From the NCBI GenBank assembly GCA_041657425.1, contig JBBABY010000003.1, positions 1 through 32,000 of the forward strand: 32,000 nt of DNA, in the 5' to 3' direction. This DNA comes from an archaeon (GTDB lineage: Archaea; Iainarchaeota; Iainarchaeia; Iainarchaeales; CSSED10-239). The translations under genes were made by a program, and so were the position numbers. Shown here one piece after another: positions 25,587 through 32,000 of the stretch (positions are counted from its first letter, which is position 1; each line of letters opens with the position of its first letter). Under the pieces are notes generated by a model. It had not been told where the DNA came from. It did not search any database and saw only the letters and a list, made by a program, of their open reading frames with translations.

Positions 25587-26280
25587 ATGGATTTGTATTG
25601 AGTTCTCCATATTCGGGAGCCGGGTTATACTTTTCGATTGTATCTTTGAACAGAATTCCCGGCTCTCCGTTATTGTAAATTCCGTTCACAATCAAGTTCA
25701 TGATTTCGGGTGTGGGATTCTTCATGAATTCATCTGTGAGTTTGACAGAGATATTAAAGTTAGAGAGTTTTCCTTCTGTCTGTTTACATGTCACAAAGTT
25801 TTTGATTTCTGGATGCGCAATATCAAGGCATCCCATCATAGCTCCCCGGCGACGGCCTCCTTGCTTGACAACCTCTGTCATTGTGTTAAAAACTTCCATA
25901 AATGAAACCACACCGGAGGAAACACCGTTGCGTTTTCCAACTTTGCTTCCAGCGGGTCGGAGTTTTGAGAAATTGAATCCGACCCCGCCCCCACGAGCGA
26001 AGATTTTTGCTGCATTTTTGTTAGCATCAAAAATACTTTCAATTGTATCTTCTACCGGCAAAAAGAAACACGCTGACAAGGCGGGGTTAGAAGTTCCGGC
26101 ATTCATCAGGGTTGGTGAGTTGGGCAAAAAATCTTTATCTACAAGAATTTTCTTGAACTGATGATATTGTTCGTCGTTGCTTGAAATGAATCGCGCTACA
26201 CGTTCACAAACATCGGGATAACTATTTTCTCCATCGACGCAATATCGTTCTTTAATGAGTTTATCTTCGTAAGTTTCCAT
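25587..26280 (-). CDS. nrdJ: class II ribonucleotide reductase, exon 1
   Basis: FLPNSPTLMNAG, ACFF, GGGVGFNFSKLRPAGS, GGRRRGAMM, ending ...ELNTNP plus the first base of the Cys codon. GGGAG SD. Confidence 0.9.
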
Positions 26281-26382
26281 TTGGGTCTCCCAAAAATTTA
26301 TGTTCTGATAACTATACAGAATTGCGTTTACACGCGTGATATAGTTATGTTTTATTTATATTTAAAGGTTTGTTATGTAAAT

Positions 26383-26691
26383 TTATGTTTCAATCTCACC
26401 TTTCAACAATGCAATAATATCACAAAGATACAAATCTTCGTGGTCATCCATTGCTTCAAAGTGTTTGATAAGATTACTTAAGTGTTTAGTGGGATTTTTA
26501 ATAAAGGAAGAGTGTGAAGCGCAACCAATTGTTTCTGTAATATTATACATTTTATCACGTTGTATTGAGAACCCCAAAAAATTATTATGATTGATATCAA
26601 ATAACAGTTTGTTTGTTTCAGATGGGCAATCTGTAGATGCGTAATTACAACACGTCTCGCATCGATATTGGTTTTTGGTGTTTTCGGTCAT
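26383..26691 (-). CDS. hypothetical protein, N-terminal CETC motif
   Basis: Track ORF of 102 aa with an ATGA overlap upstream. Confidence 0.6.
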   Translation of the reverse strand: MTENTKNQYRCETCCNYASTDCPSETNKLLFDINHNNFLGFSIQRDKMYNITETIGCASHSSFIKNPTKHLSNLIKHFEAMDDHEDLYLCDIIALLKGEIET

Positions 26692-27014
26692 GGTTTCTCT
26701 TTATTTAGATATTTAATAAACTCACAAAATTTGATAATTTTATTTAAACGCTCCGATACGGTTTCAAATTCATTTCGAATGCATCGGTTTTCTTTTAATG
26801 CTGTTTCAAGTCTCCCCTTTATCCAATATAAATCGGTTAAAGTTTCGTTTAACTCATAAAAATCATCTTCCGTTCCACAGCAATCATAATCCGGTGGGTG
26901 GCATTGGGTTTTATCTTTTGGGTCGATCCACATGCAAGTTTCACATTGATGATAATTTTTATCAGTGAATTTAACGATATTATTTTGTTTATAATGACTA
27001 CAGTTGTTGGTCAT
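26688..27014 (-). CDS. hypothetical protein, N-terminal CETCMW motif
   Basis: Track ORF of 108 aa with ATGA overlaps on both sides. Confidence 0.6.
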   Translation of the reverse strand: MTNNCSHYKQNNIVKFTDKNYHQCETCMWIDPKDKTQCHPPDYDCCGTEDDFYELNETLTDLYWIKGRLETALKENRCIRNEFETVSERLNKIIKFCEFIKYLNKEKP

Positions 27015-27601
27015 GGTTGCTCCTTATGACGGAGGGATTCTTCACAGGACCGGACATGTGCAATAACTCTGTTTCCAGAATCTCGCAATCCTTCGTATGC
27101 AATCTTTTCAATTTCCTCCAGAAGATACCCGCATTCTTTTTGGAGCGTTTCTACTGTACGCTGCGTATAGTCGTAACTTCCCCATTCCCCGGCCGGGATC
27201 CAGTCGTATCCTTTTGCGAGAGATTGTATTTTTGCCAACGCCTCTGCAAGACCGGATTGATCTTTTGAGATGACATCGCGGATTAGTGCTAGATTTTCTT
27301 CCAGCACTTTCTCCCGGGCTGCCTGCTCTATCGCGGTAATTCCGGCACCGCACACCCCAGAACTTTCATACGCAAGTTCGTGGATGCAACCACGCCCGAC
27401 TAAATATATGGGACATTTCTGGCAGAGGGGCGTGGGAAAAAGTCTTTTTGCGGCTCCCTCTAGCGGGGCGATGACTGGGTGGGAACGAGCTTCCGTCTTA
27501 TTCGACCACCAAAAACAATGCCCACAGGTTGCATCTTTGGGGCACATGTCCTTGGGCGGTTTTGTGCAATCGTATCCCTTCGGCTGCTTGTCTGTTGTCA
27601 T
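27011..27601 (-). CDS. hypothetical protein, N-terminal CGHCFWW motif, locally GC-rich gene
   Basis: Track ORF of 196 aa. Overlapping ORFs in other frames are explained by its high GC content. Confidence 0.65.
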   Translation of the reverse strand: MTTDKQPKGYDCTKPPKDMCPKDATCGHCFWWSNKTEARSHPVIAPLEGAAKRLFPTPLCQKCPIYLVGRGCIHELAYESSGVCGAGITAIEQAAREKVLEENLALIRDVISKDQSGLAEALAKIQSLAKGYDWIPAGEWGSYDYTQRTVETLQKECGYLLEEIEKIAYEGLRDSGNRVIAHVRSCEESLRHKEQP

Positions 27602-27762
27602 GGTGCAAAACCTTTACCCTTGCGTTTCTCTCTTTCATCATAGCAATGAGACCCTGCAACACAGGATAGACATTTCACGCTGTTCATTTGATATCTGCTG
27701 AAGCAGGAAATGTTTTGGCTGGTTGTAGATCCTCCATTTAGGACCGGGTAATCGTCAGTCAT
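27598..27762 (-). CDS. small Cys-containing protein (54 aa)
   Basis: MTDDYPVLNGGSTTSQNISCFSRYQMNSVKCLSCVAGSHCYDEREKRKGKGFAP. ATGA overlap with the downstream gene; its ATG lies 8 nt after a promoter-like box. No SD. Confidence 0.4.
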   Translation of the reverse strand: MTDDYPVLNGGSTTSQNISCFSRYQMNSVKCLSCVAGSHCYDEREKRKGKGFAP

Positions 27763-27770
27763 ATACGTTC

Positions 27771-27794
27771 TATATACGCCATCAATCTATTTAA
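27771..27794 (-). promoter_or_regulatory. promoter-like box TTAAAT-N12(AGATTGATGGCG)-TATATA, 8 nt before ATG 27762
   Basis: Read on the minus strand. Same hexamers and 12-nt spacing as the plus-strand boxes. It is the head of the long minus block. Confidence 0.35.
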
Positions 27795-27808
27795 ATCCTT
27801 CTACACAA

Positions 27809-27838
27809 CCATTAAATACAATCGCGTTCTATCTAATT
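27809..27838 (+). promoter_or_regulatory. promoter-like box TTAAAT(27812-27817)-N12-TATCTA(27830-27835), 11 nt before ATG 27847
   Basis: CCATTAAATACAATCGCGTTCTAT matches 971-994 at 22 of 24 positions. It is the head of the plus block. No SD. Confidence 0.4.
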
Positions 27839-27846
27839 GTGATATT

Positions 27847-28515
27847 ATGGCAACAAAAGACGAACTCAAAAACATGCTTGTAAGCCTTGTGAACTTAAAA
27901 GTTTCAGAAGAGGACATCACGGAAATTGATATTACTCTTAAAACAAAGATGAGTTCTATTACTCTTGTGGAGAGGTATGAAGGAAAAAATAAAGATATTC
28001 CATCCTGTTATAATGTAGAACACGATAATACCGAGCCAAACATTCTTGAAATAGAAGCGTGTAGAAAGTGCAGTTTTGTAGACTGTAAGACTAAATGTAA
28101 AGAGAATCCAATAGTAAAAGAACCCGTTGTAGAACCAATTGCACCCCCAGTTGTTAAGGAAAGAAGGAAGCGCACACCGAAAGTAACTGCTCCTGTGGAA
28201 GTTGTTGAAACACCCGTTACACCTCCGGTCGTAGAAACCGAGAAATCTTCGGTTTCTACATTTCCAGATGCACTTTCTGTTGCAGCAACACAGCCAACAG
28301 GTACGGTTTCTTCATCCCCGGTTGCTTCTTCTAAACCAACCGGCATCGCGCGCATTGTAAAACTCGTTACGTTCTTCTGTAAGGGACAAAATATTAATCC
28401 CTCCGACATCACGATCAATCTGTTAAAGGAAAAGGCGTTTGATATTATCGAAGGATACGAAGATTCTGTTGTGCAGATTGCTATTGATGAGTTTAAGAAG
28501 GTGAATGGGAAATGA
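27847..28515 (+). CDS. hypothetical protein with central Pro/Val/Thr-rich linker
   Basis: Track ORF of 222 aa. Structured N- and C-terminal parts are joined by PVVEPIAPPVV...PVEVVETPVTPPVVETE. Confidence 0.65.
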   Translation: MATKDELKNMLVSLVNLKVSEEDITEIDITLKTKMSSITLVERYEGKNKDIPSCYNVEHDNTEPNILEIEACRKCSFVDCKTKCKENPIVKEPVVEPIAPPVVKERRKRTPKVTAPVEVVETPVTPPVVETEKSSVSTFPDALSVAATQPTGTVSSSPVASSKPTGIARIVKLVTFFCKGQNINPSDITINLLKEKAFDIIEGYEDSVVQIAIDEFKKVNGK

Positions 28516-28925
28516 TTCCGTTTGATGTCGATCCGATGGGGTATTATTTGGTAGGTATATGTGCTATTTTTGCCGTGTTGTCAATTATTATTTTTATTTT
28601 TGACAATACTAACACCAAAGCATTTTTTGAAGTATTTGCTTGTTTATTCGCAATATTATCTTGTATTTGTGCAGTAATATTTATTATTGGTGGTTCTACA
28701 TACACCGATACAATAACAATATGCAAACATATTCAAAATAGTGATATGACTGTTATTGATACCAATGAAAATGTGTATTATATCTGTGATATAGTTACAA
28801 AATTTAAAGTGGCAGATAATGAAACGGTCAAAGTAAAAATTAAAGAAGAATTGGGTTATAAATGGATTTATTCTATCGATGCCCCAATTTCGTGCGGCAA
28901 CCAAACTTGTGGGGTGTCACCATGA
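28512..28925 (+). CDS. membrane protein (2 TM plus soluble C-terminal domain)
   Basis: Track ORF of 137 aa with an ATGA overlap upstream. Confidence 0.6.
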   Translation: MIPFDVDPMGYYLVGICAIFAVLSIIIFIFDNTNTKAFFEVFACLFAILSCICAVIFIIGGSTYTDTITICKHIQNSDMTVIDTNENVYYICDIVTKFKVADNETVKVKIKEELGYKWIYSIDAPISCGNQTCGVSP

Positions 28926-29326
28926 CCACAACTCCAGAATCCATCGCCCGAAACCTTATCCGATTCTTTATTTTAATCGTTCTTGAAGCCGGTATCTTCT
29001 CCGGCATCGCTGCAACACTTCTCATAGGGGATTTAGTGCGTGCACTTGTAATCGTTCTTGCGATTATAACAGCAGTCGCGTGTGGGTGGATTGTGTGGAA
29101 ACAGAAAACAAATTATATTGGAAACGAAGTTATTGAAAGTGCCGCGCGCAGCATTGCAAAGATATTTTTAATGATTGTATTTGTTGCAGGTATCATTCTT
29201 GGTATCGCAGTTGAATTGCTCACTGGATTGAATGTTGTTACTTTGGTAGCAGTTTTATTTGGTGCGCTGTTGGTAATGGGTGTGTGGTTGTTTAAGGAAA
29301 TGTTGTTGGGGAAATGGTGGAAGTGA
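28922..29326 (+). CDS. 4-TM membrane protein made of an internal tandem duplication
   Basis: ATG 28922 (ATGA overlap). ESIARNLIRFFILIVLEAGIFSGIAATLLIGDL... is repeated as ESAARSIAKIFLMIVFVAGIILGIAVELLTGLN... Confidence 0.65.
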   Translation: MTTTPESIARNLIRFFILIVLEAGIFSGIAATLLIGDLVRALVIVLAIITAVACGWIVWKQKTNYIGNEVIESAARSIAKIFLMIVFVAGIILGIAVELLTGLNVVTLVAVLFGALLVMGVWLFKEMLLGKWWK

Positions 29327-29327
29327 A

Positions 29328-29582
29328 ATGATAACCAAAGTAACAATATTTGGGGTCGTTTTATTGATCGGGGGAATCGTATTAACACCAATCGCTTTTA
29401 TGATGTATTTTTCAATGATGGGGCATCTTCCAGCATCGAGCGATTTTGTATTAAATCTTATTAATAATATAAAATCGGCATCAACAATAAGCGGTTGCGG
29501 GATTGGTATATTCTTCATGTTGGTTGGGGCGACTCTTGTTTATTATGAAAATGCAAAAATGGTTGGGGTTAATATTAAATGA
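29328..29582 (+). CDS. small membrane protein
   Basis: ATG 29328 lies 1 nt after the upstream stop. Two or three hydrophobic helices. Confidence 0.6.
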   Translation: MITKVTIFGVVLLIGGIVLTPIAFMMYFSMMGHLPASSDFVLNLINNIKSASTISGCGIGIFFMLVGATLVYYENAKMVGVNIK

Positions 29583-29881
29583 CAATAGAAATTACACTTC
29601 TTCCGATTTCATGTAGGACATTACACAAAATAAAGAAATTTTTATGTAATTTATCTGCCAACTTATTTGTATGGTCTATATTAATATTTGGATCTTTGAT
29701 GTTATTTATTCCGCGAGATGTAACATTATGGCTTAATAACAGACGAATAATGCCACTCACAGAAATGGATGTTCTTTCAGAACGTATTGGAGGGGGTCTT
29801 ATTATTGTCGGAGCGATAGTTTTAATGGCTATCATATACGGCATTAAAATTTCGTGGTGCAAAAAGGAGAAATCGAAATGA
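29579..29881 (+). CDS. small membrane protein
   Basis: Track ORF of 100 aa with ATGA overlaps on both sides. Confidence 0.6.
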   Translation: MTIEITLLPISCRTLHKIKKFLCNLSANLFVWSILIFGSLMLFIPRDVTLWLNNRRIMPLTEMDVLSERIGGGLIIVGAIVLMAIIYGIKISWCKKEKSK

Positions 29882-30159
29882 CTACTTACACAAAAGAAGA
29901 ATGGGATTCGCGTAAGATTACTTACGATGGATTTATGTCTGCCATTTTAGACATCTTGTTTATGGCATTATATTTACTTGGAGGAATGGCATTTTTAATT
30001 TATGCCTCTACCAATGTAACACCTTATTATCTCACGTGGGGTTATTTAGCAGTTGGGATATTTTTAACAGTTAACGCAATTGTTGTTAAGTTTTTTCATT
30101 TGCTGCAACCCCGAGATTGGTATGAAACGGAGATTACTATGATGAAAAAGAAAGTATAG
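29878..30159 (+). CDS. small membrane protein
   Basis: ATG 29878 (ATGA overlap), AAGGAGA SD, two TM helices. Confidence 0.6.
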   Translation: MTTYTKEEWDSRKITYDGFMSAILDILFMALYLLGGMAFLIYASTNVTPYYLTWGYLAVGIFLTVNAIVVKFFHLLQPRDWYETEITMMKKKV

Positions 30160-30168
30160 ACGAAACCC

Positions 30169-30192
30169 TTAAATAGAATACGCGTATATATA
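30169..30192 (+). promoter_or_regulatory. promoter-like box TTAAAT-N12(AGAATACGCGTA)-TATATA
   Basis: Same architecture as the boxes at 974, 27812 and 27794(-). Here it lies 87 nt upstream of ATG 30280. Confidence 0.3.
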
Positions 30193-30262
30193 CTAAACAT
30201 AATCTTTTTAATTCGAGGTTGTATAATTGTCAAAACACAATACCTATTATTTAAAGTTGTAT

Positions 30263-30291
30263 AGTCACGGTGATTTCTAATGAGTCACGGT
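30263..30291 (+). repeat. direct repeat AGTCACGGT x2 (30263-30271, 30283-30291) bracketing the start codon
   Basis: Exact 9-mers spaced 20 nt apart. GTTGTATA is also repeated at 30218-30225 and 30256-30263. Confidence 0.5.
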
Positions 30292-31212
30292 CTGGAAAAT
30301 CCATTAACCGTTAAGGCGAGAAATGCCAGACGGAATCGTTCTGCGCAACGTTCTGTGCAGGGTAATATTTATGAAAAAGAACATCCGGATCGTGCTGCCG
30401 AATATCGTAGAAGATATAAAGCAAAGAAAGGATCTTTCGCGCAGCAACTTATAAATGCGCGCGCGCCGTTGGTGTTTACTGCTGGCGATATTTGTCTCGC
30501 GTGCGATTTTCACATACCGTGCCACGATGAATCTCTTATTGATTATATGATTGGTGTTTGTAAAGATTTAAATATTAGGAAACTCGCAATCGACGGAGAC
30601 TTCTTGGATTGTGATAACCTTAGTATTTTCACTAGTGTTACAGAGTCAAACCGAAGTGTGTCTATTACATGGAAGGCTGAAAAAGATGAAGGTCGAAAAA
30701 TAATGACCCGCCTTCTTGAATGGTTTGAAGAAATTTATATTTGTTCTGGAAACCACGAGAATCGTATTATTGCACTTACTGGTGGGAAAGAAGGGTTTAA
30801 AGATATAGTATTAGCGATGATGCCGAGAAACATTACCATATCTGATTATGAAAGACGTGTTCATTCTACTACAGATGATTTTATGATTTTGAATCACAAT
30901 TGTGTGGATGAAAATGGAAATGATCGGATTCAAGAATGGATGCTTTGCCACCCGAAAAACTTTAGTATTTTGCCTTTGAGAGTAGCGCGCGCGTTGTGTG
31001 CAAAATTCGGAAAGAATATTCATATGGCGCATGGTCACAATTTATTGCAGGGGCGTGATATAAGTGGGAGATTTATATGTATAGAAGGTGGGGGATTGTT
31101 TGATAGAGAGGCGTTGGAATATACTTGTAAAACGACCACACACCCGGTAATGAGAAGTGGGTTTTTCATTTTGAAGAACGGAGAGGCGTTGAAATTTGAG
31201 GGGAGGTCGTGA
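30280..31212 (+). CDS. calcineurin-like metallophosphoesterase
   Basis: Motifs DFHIPCHD (DxH), IDGDFLD (GDxxD), GNHENR (GNHE) and MAHGHN (GH). Basic N-terminal extension. Confidence 0.8.
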   Translation: MSHGLENPLTVKARNARRNRSAQRSVQGNIYEKEHPDRAAEYRRRYKAKKGSFAQQLINARAPLVFTAGDICLACDFHIPCHDESLIDYMIGVCKDLNIRKLAIDGDFLDCDNLSIFTSVTESNRSVSITWKAEKDEGRKIMTRLLEWFEEIYICSGNHENRIIALTGGKEGFKDIVLAMMPRNITISDYERRVHSTTDDFMILNHNCVDENGNDRIQEWMLCHPKNFSILPLRVARALCAKFGKNIHMAHGHNLLQGRDISGRFICIEGGGLFDREALEYTCKTTTHPVMRSGFFILKNGEALKFEGRS

Positions 31213-31386
31213 ATGAAAATCCCATTATTTATATTAATATTAATGCTGGTATGTATATTATCAATGGCAATCGCAGTATATTTGCGCCATCCATTTCTTA
31301 TGATTATTGCAATGCCAATTATGATGGTTGCTTCTATAATGATGCCGGATAAATATATGAACACGAATGTTTTTGTTGGTGCGTAG
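31213..31386 (+). CDS. small membrane protein (57 aa)
   Basis: MKIPLFILILMLVCILSMAIAVYLRHPFLMIIAMPIMMVASIMMPDKYMNTNVFVGA. It exactly fills the gap between the stop at 31212 and ATG 31387. Confidence 0.45.
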   Translation: MKIPLFILILMLVCILSMAIAVYLRHPFLMIIAMPIMMVASIMMPDKYMNTNVFVGA

Positions 31387-31760
31387 ATGAAAACCCTCTA
31401 CATCTCCGGCCCTTTCAGTCTCATACCCGACGGTTATGATGAACTCCACGGAACAGAAATCAATATTATTGAAGCGTCACGTTATGCGCTTGCTGCTGTC
31501 TATAAAGGGTGGGCACCATTCACACCGCATAAAAATACATCTGGGTTTCAACATGTTGTAGATATTGGTTATGATACGTGGATGAATATTTGTTTGGCAT
31601 TTGTGGAGAAATGTGATGCCATTCTTCTACTGCCCGGATGGGAAAAAGTCAAGGAGCGACGATGGAACGAGAATTGGCGATTGCATTAGGTAAGAAGATT
31701 CTTACTCCAAAAAATGTTGATGATATATCGAATGTAGAAGAAGTGTTTGATGAGGGGTAA
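31387..31760 (+). pseudogene. DUF4406 / nucleoside 2-deoxyribosyltransferase-like gene with a frameshift at an A5 run
   Basis: YISGPF ... CDAILLLPGWEK in frame 1 stops at 31689. From 31647 the -1 frame reads SQGATMERELAIALGKKILTP..., the expected family C-terminus (GWExSxGAxxExxxAxxLGKxI). Confidence 0.65.
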
Positions 31761-31765
31761 ATAAT

Positions 31766-32000
31766 ATGAGCGACGACGACGACTCAATATTTATACTACG
31801 ATGCATAATGATAATGTTTGCAGTTATTATATTGTGTGTTTTGTTTAACCAATTTGTTTTTCACATCACGCCACCGCAGCCCGAACCAACATCTCAATTA
31901 ATTACAAAAAATATCGTTTTCACTAATAAAGAAGTTGTTGGTATATTTAATGGTTTTGGTTGTATGGGTGTAACAATGGAATTGTTTGATGAAAACGGTA
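31766..32000 (+). CDS. hypothetical membrane-anchored protein (3' end beyond window)
   Basis: ATG 31766; the frame is open to the window end (78 codons). MSDDDDSIFILRCIMIMFAVIILCVLFNQFVF... includes a TM helix. Confidence 0.5.
   Translation, partial: MSDDDDSIFILRCIMIMFAVIILCVLFNQFVFHITPPQPEPTSQLITKNIVFTNKEVVGIFNGFGCMGVTMELFDENG

Noticed and set aside
24144-26161. Antisense ORFs inside nrdJ (for example 24144-24545 and 25700-26161).
   Set aside because: They lie opposite a strongly supported conserved enzyme gene and show no motifs. They are treated as shadow ORFs.
23922-26280. The RNR appears as two separate ORFs (237 aa and 483 aa), which could be read as a pseudogene or a split-subunit enzyme.
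   Set aside because: The gap has all the hallmarks of a group I intron, and exon joining restores NPCGE in frame. An interrupted but functional nrdJ is the better explanation.
27017-27701. Long ORFs in other frames or on the other strand: 27017-27268 (+), 27108-27353 (-) and 27270-27701 (+).
   Set aside because: They overlap the coupled minus-strand genes. They are the expected stop-poor artefacts of a locally GC-rich segment, with no start context or gene coupling.
28008-28418. A 136-aa minus ORF antisense to the Pro/Val-rich protein.
   Set aside because: It is a mirror image of a low-complexity coding region. It has no coupling to any minus-strand unit.
31636-31650. Programmed -1 ribosomal frameshifting in the DUF4406-like gene.
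   Set aside because: The site G GAA AAA G is not a canonical X XXY YYZ heptamer, and I saw no obvious downstream stimulatory structure. It is reported only as a frameshift of unknown cause.
1-32000. CRISPR arrays, tRNA/rRNA genes, integrase or attachment sites, and stop-codon reassignment.
   Set aside because: I saw no regularly spaced repeats and no spacer large enough with a cloverleaf-like sequence. TGA, TAA and TAG all terminate well-supported genes, many as ATGA overlaps, so standard code 11 fits. Detection by eye is not exhaustive.

Overview
Phage-like DNA (tailed phage or prophage) from a low-GC, Shine-Dalgarno-using host, standard genetic code. About 65 tightly packed, mostly small ORFs lie in five transcription blocks. 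(1) Plus 1-7861: replication/recombination genes (Cas4/RecB-like exonuclease, free-standing HNH endonuclease, SF2 helicase, VRR-NUC) plus many tiny membrane or Cys-rich ORFs. (2) A lone minus gene, 7864-8454. (3) Plus 8637-10773: ten small early-type ORFs. (4) A long minus block 27762->10781: Cys-rich small proteins, class II ribonucleotide reductase nrdJ interrupted by a 271-nt group I intron, a Lar-like protein, a large beta-class DNA methyltransferase, and an 11-gene glycosyltransferase/radical-SAM operon whose B12-binding radical SAM gene carries an HNH intein inside its CX3CX2C motif. (5) Plus 27847-32000: a Pro/Val-rich protein, five small membrane proteins, a metallophosphoesterase and a frameshifted DUF4406/deoxyribosyltransferase-like gene. 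I recognised no rRNA, tRNA, CRISPR array, integrase or virion structural gene. Most gene junctions are ATGA/TGATG overlaps. The main novelty candidates are: the phage-borne 4-GT + 2-radical-SAM operon (10781-19547); two self-splicing elements sitting exactly in the catalytic motifs of two cobalamin-dependent enzymes; and a recurrent TTAAAT-N12-TATAYA box 5-11 nt in front of SD-less first genes. All functional calls rest on motifs read by eye; no database search was run.
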